From an uncultured Methanosarcinales archaeon (GTDB lineage: Archaea > Nanobdellota > Nanobdellia > Woesearchaeales > ARS49), in assembly GCA_964353335.1 (NCBI GenBank), contig CAYGVI010000005.1:1858-65857 (forward strand): a DNA stretch of 64,000 bases, read 5' to 3'. The position numbers and the translations under genes are program-made. Each line of letters starts with the position of its first letter. The first letter of the stretch is position 1. The notes beneath the pieces were generated by a model, which was not told the DNA's origin, ran no database searches, and saw only the letters and a program-made list of their open reading frames with translations. This document shows, piece after piece, positions 48,768-58,215 of this stretch.

Positions 48768-51569
48768 ATGCCAAGAAAAAAGAAAGAAGAAGCGGTTGAA
48801 GCACCGCAGGCAAAGGACGCGCTCGCAGCAGCGACAGAGCCAGAAGCTCCTGTTGTCAAGGTTGCTCCTGCCAGCGAAGAGACCATGAAGGCAGAAGTGG
48901 CGCAGAAGCGCACTGAGAAGCTTGCCACAGAAGAGGAAAAGGCTGTTGCCGCAGTAGCTGAGGTTCCAAAGAAGCCAATCTCGCCTGAGCGCATTGAGGC
49001 GCAGGTGCACTCTGTGTTTAAGCAGGTTGAGAGCGTTGTTTTCGGCCTTTTGAGCCCGAAGATGATAAAGAAAATGGCTTCAGCAAAGATTGTCACTCCT
49101 GAACTTTATGACAAGGAAGGTTATCCTGTTGACGGCGGCCTTATGGACGTCCGCCTTGGAGTCATTGACCCTGGATTGAGGTGCAAGACCTGCGGAAGCA
49201 AGCTCAAGGAATGCATCGGCCACTTTGGCTACATTGAGCTCGCCCGCCCTGTTGTCCACGTCAAGTTCGCAAGAATAATCCAGTCGCTTTTGAAATGCAC
49301 CTGCAAGGAATGCGGAAGGATTCTTATCCCGCAGGAAAAGATAACCCGCTACAATGCCCTGCTTAATGAGGTTGAGCAGGCAGAGGGAATTGAGGCGCGC
49401 AGGGCAAAGATAAAGGAGATAATTGACTCAACCAAATCAACCAACAAGTGCCCGCACTGCAAGGCAAAGCAGACAAAGATAACCATTGAGAAGCCAACCA
49501 CGTTCATGGAGGGCGAAAAGCGCCTGAGCCCGATTGAAGTCCGCGCGCGCCTTGAGAAGATTCCGGACGATGACTGCAAGCTCTTCGGCATTGACCCGAC
49601 TTACGCGCGCCCTGAATGGACAATTTTGACTGTTCTCGCAATTCCTCCTGTCACAGTGCGCCCAAGCATCACTCTTGAATCAGGAGAGCGCTCAGAAGAC
49701 GACCTTACGCACAAGCTCGGCGACATTGTCAGGATTAACCAGCGCCTGTTTGAAAACATCAACGCAGGAGCGCCTGAAATCATAATCGAGGACCTGTGGG
49801 ACCTTTTGCAGTACCACGTCACAACGTTCTTTGACAACACAATCGCGCAGGTTCCGCCTGCAAGGCACCGCTCAGGACAGCCCTTGAAGACAATCACAGA
49901 GAGAATCAAGAGCAAGGAAGGAAGAATCAGGCACAACCTCGCAGGAAAGAGGACAAACTTCTGCGCGCGCTCGGTCATCTCGCCTGACCCAATGCTCAAG
50001 ATTAACGAGGTCGGAGTGCCGAAAGTGATGGCAATGAAGCTCACAGTTCCGGAAACAATCAATGACTGGAACATGGCATACTTGAAGAAGTTCGTCGAAA
50101 ACGGGCCGGGCAAGTATCCGGGTGCGAACTATGTTGTGCGCCCTGACGGAAAGAAGAAAAAGATAACAGACGAGACAAAGGAGGCTGCGCTTGAGGAGCT
50201 GCAGCCGGGCTATGTCGTTGAAAGGCACATAATGGACGGCGACATCGCAATTTTCAACAGGCAGCCGTCATTGCACAGGATGAGCATGATGTGCCACCGC
50301 ATCAAGGTTTTGCCGGGAAGGACTTTGCGCCTCAACCCTGCAGTCTGCGCGCCGTACAACGCTGACTTTGACGGAGACGAAATGAACCTTCACATTCCAC
50401 AGACAGAGGAATCTCGCGCAGAGGCTGAGATTTTGATGGAAGTCCAGACACAGCTTGTCTCGCCAGGCCACGGAATGTCCGCGATTGGCTGCATCCACGA
50501 CGGAATTTCAGGAAACTTCCTGCTCACATCAGAGCTTGAGCTTGACCGCGAAAAGGCAATTGAGCTGCTTTGCGCAGCCGGCGTCACAGAGTTTTCAAGG
50601 CTGCCGCACAAGAAGACAGTGCCGGGAAAGGAAATATTCAGCGTTTTGCTGCCGGAAGACTTCAACTACAAGGGAACTGACAAGGCAGGAGCGCCTGTTG
50701 TTGTCGAGAATGGAAAGCTTGTTGAGGGAGTCATTGACAAAAACAGCGTCGGAGGAGAGGGCTCAGGAGTCATGCTCAGGACCCTGCACAGGTATTACGG
50801 CCCTGCAAGGACAGTTGACATTTTGCACAAGATACTGAAGCTCGGAATTGAGGTGCTTCTCATGACAGGATTCAGCGCCCCAATCTCTGACAATGACCTT
50901 CCAAAGGCAGCGAATGACCAGATTGACGAAACCCTCACAAAGGCAGAGGAGGAAGTCAATGTCATAATCAAGAGCTTCCACGAAGGCACGCTTGATGCAT
51001 TCCCAGGGCGCACTCTCGCTGAGACTCTTGAGCTCAAGATACTTGAAGTTTTGAACCGCGCGCGTAACAAGTGCGGTCAGATTGTCAAGGAGAACACTCC
51101 AAAGGACATCCAGACAATGATAATGGTCAAGTCAGGTGCGCGTGGTAACATACTCGCGCTGACGCAAATGAGCGCATGTGTCGGACAGCAGGCTCTCAGG
51201 GGCAAGCGCATTGACAAGGGATACACAGGAAGGACATTGAGCTGCTTCAAGAAGGGCGATTTGTCGCCTGAAGCGCGCGGATTTGTCAGGCACGGCTTCA
51301 AGCACGGCCTTAACCCGCGCGAGTTCTTCTTCCACGAGATAACAGGAAGGGACTCGCTTATGGACACTGCTTTGCGTACTCCAAAGTCAGGTTATCTGTA
51401 CCGCAGGCTGGCAAATGCAATGCAGGACCTGCGCGTCGAGTATGACAGGACTGTCCGTGACGCAAACGGAAGGATTATCCAGTTCGAGTACGGTGAGGAC
51501 GGTATTGATGTTTCAAGGTCAGAAAGCGGCCAGATTGATGTTCAAAAAATAATTGACTCGGTGAAATGA
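48768..51569 (+). CDS. rpoA1: RNA polymerase subunit A' (Rpo1N) with an A/E/K-rich N-terminal extension of about 85 aa
   Basis: FGLLSP, Zn site C-x2-C...GHFGYIEL, NADFDGDEMN active site and other Rpb1 blocks. The canonical N-terminus starts near residue 85. Confidence 0.95.
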   Translation: MPRKKKEEAVEAPQAKDALAAATEPEAPVVKVAPASEETMKAEVAQKRTEKLATEEEKAVAAVAEVPKKPISPERIEAQVHSVFKQVESVVFGLLSPKMIKKMASAKIVTPELYDKEGYPVDGGLMDVRLGVIDPGLRCKTCGSKLKECIGHFGYIELARPVVHVKFARIIQSLLKCTCKECGRILIPQEKITRYNALLNEVEQAEGIEARRAKIKEIIDSTKSTNKCPHCKAKQTKITIEKPTTFMEGEKRLSPIEVRARLEKIPDDDCKLFGIDPTYARPEWTILTVLAIPPVTVRPSITLESGERSEDDLTHKLGDIVRINQRLFENINAGAPEIIIEDLWDLLQYHVTTFFDNTIAQVPPARHRSGQPLKTITERIKSKEGRIRHNLAGKRTNFCARSVISPDPMLKINEVGVPKVMAMKLTVPETINDWNMAYLKKFVENGPGKYPGANYVVRPDGKKKKITDETKEAALEELQPGYVVERHIMDGDIAIFNRQPSLHRMSMMCHRIKVLPGRTLRLNPAVCAPYNADFDGDEMNLHIPQTEESRAEAEILMEVQTQLVSPGHGMSAIGCIHDGISGNFLLTSELELDREKAIELLCAAGVTEFSRLPHKKTVPGKEIFSVLLPEDFNYKGTDKAGAPVVVENGKLVEGVIDKNSVGGEGSGVMLRTLHRYYGPARTVDILHKILKLGIEVLLMTGFSAPISDNDLPKAANDQIDETLTKAEEEVNVIIKSFHEGTLDAFPGRTLAETLELKILEVLNRARNKCGQIVKENTPKDIQTMIMVKSGARGNILALTQMSACVGQQALRGKRIDKGYTGRTLSCFKKGDLSPEARGFVRHGFKHGLNPREFFFHEITGRDSLMDTALRTPKSGYLYRRLANAMQDLRVEYDRTVRDANGRIIQFEYGEDGIDVSRSESGQIDVQKIIDSVK

Positions 51570-51643
51570 TGAAAATGAACGCATTTTCAGCACCATCGTC
51601 AACCTCATCTAGATGTATGACTGAAAGGAGGTTGACGAGGTAA
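51566..51643 (+). other. 25-codon relay ORF that bridges rpoA' and rpoA''
   Basis: Its ATG overlaps the rpoA' TGA (ATGA) and its TAA abuts the rpoA'' ATG. The peptide is MMKMNAFSAPSSTSSRCMTERRLTR. It contains the AAGGAGGT that precedes rpoA''. Confidence 0.2.
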
Positions 51644-52780
51644 ATGACTCACGCAGAACTGAAGGAATATGAGGACAAGATGCCTCCGAAGCTGTTGCAG
51701 GAGCTTGAGGAGAAGTGCCCTGCCAGCAAGCTCAAGAGGGCTGCTGAAAAGCTGTACCAGGAATTCCTTGCTGCGCGCATTGACCCTGGAGAGGCAGTCG
51801 GCCTGATTGGCGCAGAAAGCATCGGCGAACAGGGCACGCAGATGACACTGGACACATTCCACTTCGCAGGAGTCGCTGAGCTCAACGTCACAATGGGTTT
51901 GCCCCGTATTATTGAGATTCTTGACGGAAGAAAGACACTCGCGACGCCAATGATGGAGATTTTCCTCAAGGCGCCTTACAACAAGGGCAAGGATATCCGC
52001 GAGCTTGCGCTCAGGATTAAGGAAACAAAGCTTCACGAGCTTGTTACTGATTACGTAATCAACATAGTTGACATGAAGATTGAGATAAAGCTCAATGTGC
52101 AGAAGATGCAGGACATCGGCGTAACACCTTTAGCGCTTGGCAAGGCAATGGAAAAGGACATTGGAAAGGCAGGCACTGTAAAGCAGGGCGACGGCGTTGT
52201 CGAGGTCAAGCTGAAAGGCAAGGACGAAAAGAACCTCAATGAGCTTTACAAGATGAAGGAAGACCTTAAGACCATACACATAACAGGAATCAAGGGCATC
52301 ACCCAGGTTCTTCCTGTCAAGAGGCACGATGAATTCATCATTATCACAGCCGGCACAAACCTGAAGAAGGTTCTTGAGCTGGACTTTGTGGACCCAACAA
52401 GGACCGTAAGCAATGATATTTACGAAATTGCCGAAGTGTTTGGAATCGAGGCTGCAAGGCAGGCAATTATTGACGAGGTTTTCAAGGTCATTGAGGCGCA
52501 GGGTTTGACAGTTGACATCAGGCACATAATGCTTGTCGCTGACACAATGTGTGTTTCAGGCGGCGTAAAGGGCATCACCCGTTATGGTGTTGTGTCTGAG
52601 AAGGCGTCTGTTTTGGCGCGTGCTTCGTTCGAGACGCCTATCAAGCACATAATCAACGCTGCCTTGGCTGGCGAGGTTGACGAGCTTGACTCTGTAGTTG
52701 AGAACATAATGCTTAACCAGCCTGTGCCTGTCGGAACAGGGCTGCCAGGGCTGATTACAAGGGTAAAGAAGGAGAAGTGA
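51644..52780 (+). CDS. rpoA2: RNA polymerase subunit A'' (Rpo1C)
   Basis: GEAVGLIGAESIGEQGTQMTLDTFHFAG and the C-terminal FETP...LAGE...ENIMLNQ blocks. Confidence 0.95.
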   Translation: MTHAELKEYEDKMPPKLLQELEEKCPASKLKRAAEKLYQEFLAARIDPGEAVGLIGAESIGEQGTQMTLDTFHFAGVAELNVTMGLPRIIEILDGRKTLATPMMEIFLKAPYNKGKDIRELALRIKETKLHELVTDYVINIVDMKIEIKLNVQKMQDIGVTPLALGKAMEKDIGKAGTVKQGDGVVEVKLKGKDEKNLNELYKMKEDLKTIHITGIKGITQVLPVKRHDEFIIITAGTNLKKVLELDFVDPTRTVSNDIYEIAEVFGIEAARQAIIDEVFKVIEAQGLTVDIRHIMLVADTMCVSGGVKGITRYGVVSEKASVLARASFETPIKHIINAALAGEVDELDSVVENIMLNQPVPVGTGLPGLITRVKKEK

Positions 52781-52784
52781 AAAT

Positions 52785-53063
52785 ATGGCTGATACTGCTG
52801 CGGAAATAAGGAAATTGATGGCTGACAAGAGGCTTGTGCTCGGTACAGCGCAGGCAATGAAGCTTGTCAGGCAGGGCAAGCTCGCAAAGATTTATTTGTC
52901 CTCAAACTGCCCGCCAAAAGTGAAAGAGGACCTGCAGAAGTACTGCGGATTGGCAGGCATAGAGTGCCAGGATCTGCCTGTTTCCAACGAGGAGCTTGGA
53001 GTCTGGTGCAAAAAACCGTTTGCGATTTCTGTCGTGGGCGTTCTTAAGAGTGCAGCGCAATGA
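52785..53063 (+). CDS. rpl30e: ribosomal protein L30e
   Basis: LVLGTAQAMKLVRQGKLAKIYLSSNCP is typical of eL30. Canonical position after rpoA''. Confidence 0.85.
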   Translation: MADTAAEIRKLMADKRLVLGTAQAMKLVRQGKLAKIYLSSNCPPKVKEDLQKYCGLAGIECQDLPVSNEELGVWCKKPFAISVVGVLKSAAQ

Positions 53064-53491
53064 GTTCAAAGATTGTTTACGACACCGGCACCATGCAGGT
53101 CATCGCGCATTTTGAGCAGATGACGCGCGCAAGGGTGAGGGACTGCATAATCACAGAACAGCAGGTTATTTTCATTGTTGAGCCTGGCGATATTGGCAAG
53201 GCTATTGGTCCGCGAGGGGCTAATATTCGCCGCATTGAGGCTGGTTTGAAGAAGAAAGTCAAGATTGCAGAGTTTTCGCACGAACTAGTAACCTTTATAA
53301 AGAACTTGGTTTATCCCATCGACGTGAGGGAGGTCAAGGAGCAGGACGACGGGGTCGTCGTGCTTGTGCCTCCGGATCTTAAGGCAAGGGGTCTTCTGAT
53401 CGGCAGAAACGCCCAGACATTAAGGGCGTACGAGTCTGTCGTGCAGAGGTACTTTCCGATAAAAGAACTAAAGGTAGCTGATTATGGCTAA
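53060..53491 (+). CDS. nusA: archaeal NusA-like protein (two KH domains)
   Basis: GxxG KH loops ([11 protein letters not shown] and [10 protein letters not shown]). Canonical position. ATGA overlap with rpl30e. Confidence 0.85.
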   Translation: MSSKIVYDTGTMQVIAHFEQMTRARVRDCIITEQQVIFIVEPGDIGKAIGPRGANIRRIEAGLKKKVKIAEFSHELVTFIKNLVYPIDVREVKEQDDGVVVLVPPDLKARGLLIGRNAQTLRAYESVVQRYFPIKELKVADYG

Positions 53492-53921
53492 CAAAAGCAA
53501 CGGGCTGAACACTGCAAAGAGATTGAAGCAGCGAAGGCACCACAGCAGGATGCTGAAAAAGATGTTTGTACGCCGCATACTCAACACCCGCCGCACGTCA
53601 GACCCTCTTCAAGGCGCTTCGCAGGCAAAGGGGATTGTTTTGGAGAAGAGACAGGTTGAGGCAAAGCAGCCAAACTCAGCCATGAGGAAATGTTGCCGTG
53701 TGCAGTTGATTAAGAACGGCAAACAGGTTACTGCTTTTATGCCCGGCGACGGAGCGCAGAAGCTTATTGACGAGCACGATGAGGTTATTATTGAAAGCAT
53801 TGGCGGCCGCAAGGGCGGTCCTGTCGGCGACCTGTCAGGAATCAGGTGGCGCGTTATCAAGGTCAATGATCAAAGCCTTTTGGCATTACGCCAGAAGAAG
53901 ATAGAGAAGGCACGCAAGTAA
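53484..53921 (+). CDS. rps12: ribosomal protein S12 (uS12)
   Basis: KGIVLEK...[22 protein letters not shown]...DEHDEV. Confidence 0.95.
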   Translation: MANKSNGLNTAKRLKQRRHHSRMLKKMFVRRILNTRRTSDPLQGASQAKGIVLEKRQVEAKQPNSAMRKCCRVQLIKNGKQVTAFMPGDGAQKLIDEHDEVIIESIGGRKGGPVGDLSGIRWRVIKVNDQSLLALRQKKIEKARK

Positions 53922-53922
53922 A

Positions 53923-54543
53923 ATGGCAACTGAAGCTGAAACACAAAGTGAGATTCGGGTTTTCAACAAATGGGGAACTGCCGGAATAACAGTTGAAGAT
54001 CCGGGCTTGCAGCGCTATATTTCTACTCAAGCAAGGATTGTTCCAAAGACCGGTGCGCGCTATGCTGGGCGAAGGTTCCACAAGAGCAAGGTATTTATCG
54101 TTGAAAGATTGATTAACAAAGTCATGATTCCTGGCCACAAGTCAGGAAAGCATACTCGCACAAGTGAAAGCTGCACTGGAAAGGCAATAACCGCAATGGA
54201 AATTGTCAAGGGGACTTTTGAGATTATTGAAAGGCATCTGAAGCTCAATCCGGTCATGGTTTTTGTCAAGGCAATTGAGAATGCTGCTCCCCGCGAGGAA
54301 ATACTCACGATTGAATACGGCGGTGCCCGTTATCCTAAAGCAGTTGAATGTGCGCCTCAAAGGCGCATTGACTTGGTATTGCACTACCTGGTTGAAGGCG
54401 CTGCAGATAAATCGTTCAACAAGAAGAAAGGCATTGAGAACGCGCTTGCTGACGAGATAATCGCCGCTTACAGGATGGATTTGAAGTCTTTGGCAATATC
54501 GAAGAAGAACGAGATAGAAAGACAGGCTGATTCTGCGAGATAA
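53923..54543 (+). CDS. rps7: ribosomal protein S7 (uS7)
   Basis: Conserved uS7 blocks (ERLINKVM and NAAPREE). Position after rps12. Confidence 0.95.
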   Translation: MATEAETQSEIRVFNKWGTAGITVEDPGLQRYISTQARIVPKTGARYAGRRFHKSKVFIVERLINKVMIPGHKSGKHTRTSESCTGKAITAMEIVKGTFEIIERHLKLNPVMVFVKAIENAAPREEILTIEYGGARYPKAVECAPQRRIDLVLHYLVEGAADKSFNKKKGIENALADEIIAAYRMDLKSLAISKKNEIERQADSAR

Positions 54544-54545
54544 AA

Positions 54546-54860
54546 TTACTGCACGCGCACATAAACTTTGCTTGGGCCTCCTTGCCTGTCGCAGACTGCT
54601 CCTTTGGTTTTCAGCAGTTCATAGCCTGCAGGAGACAGGAGTATCATTTGTGTGGTTATTTCCTCAAAGCAGGCATCCATTGGAAATGAGTTAATGTCAA
54701 TGTAAAGGTTTTTGGTTGGTGCAACAGTCAGCATAATTTCCCTCTGCAACTCAGTCTCCTGCACTTTTGCCACGCAGTGCAATACCCACCTTTCCAATGG
54801 AGATATCTCTTCGGGTGTTAATGCCACCTCAAGTTCAGAACCGACGATTCTTGCTTTCAT
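54546..54860 (-). CDS. hypothetical protein, 104 aa
   Basis: ATG ORF with a TATA box at leaderless distance. Convergent with rps7. Confidence 0.45.
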   Translation of the reverse strand: MKARIVGSELEVALTPEEISPLERWVLHCVAKVQETELQREIMLTVAPTKNLYIDINSFPMDACFEEITTQMILLSPAGYELLKTKGAVCDRQGGPSKVYVRVQ

Positions 54861-54884
54861 TGCAGAATAAATGAGTATTGGCGG

Positions 54885-54894
54885 CTTATAAAAG
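54885..54894 (-). promoter_or_regulatory. TATA box for 54546..54860
   Basis: The minus strand reads cttttataag, about 25 nt upstream of the ATG at 54860. Confidence 0.4.
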
Positions 54895-54965
54895 TGGTGA
54901 AGGATAAGGACGTATATTCTCCACTGCGATAATCGTTAAAAAGGGGGTAGTGTTTCTTCTCTTTA

Positions 54966-55970
54966 ATGGAGGAGGTTGCCATTATTGCTGATTCTAAGGG
55001 CACAGGGCACTATTTTGCTAAAGGCGTTTATAATTATCTGAAGGGCAAGGAATGTGACAAGTTTTCTGTGTTTTTGGTGGATATTGACAGGATTGTGTTT
55101 AAGGACGGCGAGGTAAAGCTGAAAATCACAGAGAATATCAGGAACAAGACGTGCTTTTTGATTCACGACAGCAACAAGCCGCCGTATGAGTGGTTTACAG
55201 AGCTGGTTTTCAAGCTTGAGGCAATGGGATTTTCGTCGCCAAAAGAGATTAATGTGATTCTGCCTTATACAAGGTTTGCAAGGCAGGACAGAAAGGACGA
55301 GTCAAGAGTGAGCGTGAATGCAAAAGCCCTGGCTGATGTTATTTCAATGTATGCTGATAGAGGCATGACTGTTGATTTGCACACCCCTCAGATTCAGGAA
55401 TATTTCAGCATTCCATTTGACAACCTGTATTCGATGACCAGCCTGCTGAATTATATGCTGAAAAACCACCCTGATTTCCTTCAGGACCTTGTTATTGTAA
55501 GCCCTGATTTGGGAGGCGGTAAACGCGCTGATTCTTTTGTCAAAAAGCTCGCGGAAAAAGGCATAACGGCAGAGGTTGCTTTTGGCCACAAGACGCGGGA
55601 AAAGGCAAACGAGGTTGACAAAATAGTGATTATCGGCGATGTTAGCGGCAAAAACTGCCTGATTGTCGACGATATTATTGACACTGGCAACACAATGATT
55701 AAGACTGCTGAGAAATTAAAGGAAATAGGCGCTAAAAAGGTGTTTTGCTATGGAACGCACGGGCTCTTTACAGACGGAATGGACAAATTCAAGGTCTTTG
55801 ACAAGGTATTGGTTTCTGATACGCTTAAGTCTCCTGAATCTGGAAATATCGAGGTAGTCAGCCTGATTAACCTGTTCGGCGAGGCGATTTACAGGACAGC
55901 AATGGGCCAGTCATTGAGCGTGCTGTTTGACAATGGAAAGCACGGCGTGCTTGACAAATACGAGATTTAG
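54966..55970 (+). CDS. prs: ribose-phosphate pyrophosphokinase (PRPP synthase)
   Basis: ILPYTRFARQDRK, VSPDLGGGKRA and the PRPP-binding loop LIVDDIIDTGNTM. Confidence 0.9.
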   Translation: MEEVAIIADSKGTGHYFAKGVYNYLKGKECDKFSVFLVDIDRIVFKDGEVKLKITENIRNKTCFLIHDSNKPPYEWFTELVFKLEAMGFSSPKEINVILPYTRFARQDRKDESRVSVNAKALADVISMYADRGMTVDLHTPQIQEYFSIPFDNLYSMTSLLNYMLKNHPDFLQDLVIVSPDLGGGKRADSFVKKLAEKGITAEVAFGHKTREKANEVDKIVIIGDVSGKNCLIVDDIIDTGNTMIKTAEKLKEIGAKKVFCYGTHGLFTDGMDKFKVFDKVLVSDTLKSPESGNIEVVSLINLFGEAIYRTAMGQSLSVLFDNGKHGVLDKYEI

Positions 55971-55986
55971 TTCTAATAATGCGCAA

Positions 55987-56514
55987 TTAAATGTGTAAGA
56001 ACATTCGGTAAATAGTGGTAATTGCATTAAGCCAGTGCATATCTATAACAAATACAACAATCAGCACCAACAAGACAAGAAGCAGCCATAATGCGCTTTT
56101 TCCAAATCTGCCAGTGCACACTGCGAGGGATATTGCAAAGCTGCAGAGGACAACCAGATAGAAAAGTATTCCTGCTATATCCGGGTCGTTAAACAACAAA
56201 GGGATATTAAGAAGTATAAACGTGGCAATCCCAATCAGAATAGCTATTGCAGGCGGGTTTTGTCTGAATTTTATAGTGGAAGACAAAGGTTTTCTTATAA
56301 GCAGCCCTATGCCGATGAATAAAAGGGAAATTACATACAATATGGCGCCACAGTACAGCCCAGTCATAAACAATGAAGATATTGAATCTCCGAAAATGCC
56401 TTTGCAGCCTGAAAGAAGCAGTAAAGAAATAATCAAAGCAATATTGATGAACTTCATAATAACGCTCAATAGTCTTAGGTATATATGTTTTATGCGTATT
56501 AGGAATCCGCGCAT
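55987..56514 (-). CDS. polytopic membrane protein
   Basis: Five hydrophobic helices. No motif recognised. Confidence 0.5.
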   Translation of the reverse strand: MRGFLIRIKHIYLRLLSVIMKFINIALIISLLLLSGCKGIFGDSISSLFMTGLYCGAILYVISLLFIGIGLLIRKPLSSTIKFRQNPPAIAILIGIATFILLNIPLLFNDPDIAGILFYLVVLCSFAISLAVCTGRFGKSALWLLLVLLVLIVVFVIDMHWLNAITTIYRMFLHI

Positions 56515-56602
56515 ATTATATGGGGAAAAATGTGTGAATTATCTTCACTATTGTAGATTAATATATAAAGCAATTCACTGATGAGTGATAAAAACAGAAA
56601 GA

Positions 56603-56629
56603 TTTATATAGAAGCAGCCTCTTATAAAG
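56603..56629 (+). promoter_or_regulatory. two TATA-like boxes (tttatata and cttataaag) upstream of tfb
   Basis: The second box is 32 nt upstream of the ATG at 56661. GGGGTG lies in between. Confidence 0.4.
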
Positions 56630-56660
56630 CTTCTGAAGGGGTGAATAGCGGGGTGTCGAC

Positions 56661-57554
56661 ATGCTTAGTGAACTCAAGTGTCCAGACTGTGGAAGCCATA
56701 ACTTCTTCCACAACAGGGAAAAAGGCGAAATAATTTGTAGGCAGTGTTCTATGGTTCTCGACGAGTCAACTATTGACTTCGGAAGGGATTCAAGGTTCTT
56801 TGAAGACGAGGGAGACGGTGAGCACAGTTCGCGCACAGGAGCTCCTTTTGACCCATTGGTTGTTGACAACCTCGGGACAAGCATTGGAAACTCGTCTGAC
56901 TTGCACAAGCTTTCAGGAAGGAACAGGGCATTGTTCCAAAGGATAAAGAAAAGGCAGCACTGGACTGCAACTTCATTTGAGCAGAACCTTAAGACTGCTT
57001 TTAACAATTTGAAACTCATGTCAGGCGCATTGAACCTGCCTACCGCAGTTGAGCGTGAGGCAGCTGTGATTTACCGCAGGTGCGTCGAAAAGGGCCTTAC
57101 AAAGCGCTCTGCAATTGAGCACTTGGTCATTGCGTCTCTTTTCCTGGCAAGCAAGATGCACGGATTTGCTCGTGCTATGAAGGAGTTTGCAAACGTTGCC
57201 AAGATAGACATGACTATTCTCGGCAAGAACTACAAGCTGATTATGCGCGAGATTGGAATAAAGATCAGTCCGACAAACCCGCTTGATTATGTTACAAAGT
57301 TCGCCACTGCGCTGAAATTGTCTCCAAAAGTCCAGACAAAGGCAGTCAGGTACATCGAGCAGATGGAAAAGATGGGGATGACATCAGGATTGTCTCCATT
57401 GTCTGTCGCAGCTTCAACTCTTTACATAGCTGCACAGCTCGAGAAGGAGAAAAGGACTCAGCGCGAGTTCGCTGAAATCTCCGGCGTAACCGAGACAACC
57501 CTGCGAAACAGGTGCAAGGACCTTGTCAAGGCGCTGAAAGTAAAGGCGAAATAA
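56661..57554 (+). CDS. tfb: transcription initiation factor B (TFIIB homologue)
   Basis: N-terminal Zn ribbon CPDCG...CRQC, a B-reader/linker region and two cyclin-fold repeats. Confidence 0.9.
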   Translation: MLSELKCPDCGSHNFFHNREKGEIICRQCSMVLDESTIDFGRDSRFFEDEGDGEHSSRTGAPFDPLVVDNLGTSIGNSSDLHKLSGRNRALFQRIKKRQHWTATSFEQNLKTAFNNLKLMSGALNLPTAVEREAAVIYRRCVEKGLTKRSAIEHLVIASLFLASKMHGFARAMKEFANVAKIDMTILGKNYKLIMREIGIKISPTNPLDYVTKFATALKLSPKVQTKAVRYIEQMEKMGMTSGLSPLSVAASTLYIAAQLEKEKRTQREFAEISGVTETTLRNRCKDLVKALKVKAK

Positions 57555-57609
57555 GTTTTTCCTTTGTTTTTCAGTCATATTTAAATACTGATTTCTGTTC
57601 TTTTTATTT

Positions 57610-58215
57610 GTGAAAAAAGAGTCTTTTCTTCAGTGGACAGAGCATGAGCTGAAGGCAATAGCAAAGCCAAAGGTTCCGAAAAGGACTTACAGGGAGTTTG
57701 GGGAGATTTTTGTAAGCGAAATGATCTCGGTTACAGGCGGGATTTTTGCAGGGACAATGCTTGCATTGGCAGTTGACAAGCTCGCATTGATTCCGGGCAT
57801 ACTGATTCTCATGCCAGGCTTCCTTGAGATGAGGGGCAATATCGCAGGCTCATTGGCAGCAAGGCTGAGCACTTCGCTCCACCTGAAACTGCTGAACGGC
57901 AAAAAAGGTTCGCGCATAAAGACCTCAAATGTCTGGGCTGCGTTTATGCTCGGAATACTTGTGTCTGCATTTCTCGGTTTTGTTGCGTATGTTGGGACAC
58001 TGTTGTTTTTCAAAATCAATTATCCCAAGATAATGATTGTTGCGCTGGCAGCAGGGATTGTTTCAAACCTGATAATGATTCCAATAACAACAAAGACAAC
58101 AATCTGGCTGTACAGGCACGGCCATGACCCTGACAACATAATGGGTCCGTACATCACGACTCTTGGCGATATTGTAAGCGTGGCATCGCTTCTGCTGGGG
58201 ATCTGGCTGGTATGA
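57610..58215 (+). CDS. MgtE-type divalent-cation transporter membrane domain protein (half 1)
   Basis: GTG start. PGFLEMRGNIAGSLAARLST and HDPDNIMGPYITTLGD are typical of the MgtE/SLC41 TM domain. Confidence 0.7.
   Translation: MKKESFLQWTEHELKAIAKPKVPKRTYREFGEIFVSEMISVTGGIFAGTMLALAVDKLALIPGILILMPGFLEMRGNIAGSLAARLSTSLHLKLLNGKKGSRIKTSNVWAAFMLGILVSAFLGFVAYVGTLLFFKINYPKIMIVALAAGIVSNLIMIPITTKTTIWLYRHGHDPDNIMGPYITTLGDIVSVASLLLGIWLV

Noticed and set aside
45756-51367. Many antisense or out-of-frame track ORFs inside the rpoB and rpoA genes (for example 47362..47895, 49601..50113 and 47745..48230)
   Set aside because: They lie entirely within strongly conserved RNAP coding sequence, have no independent start signals, and have skewed composition (Ser/Arg/Cys-rich) typical of shadow ORFs.
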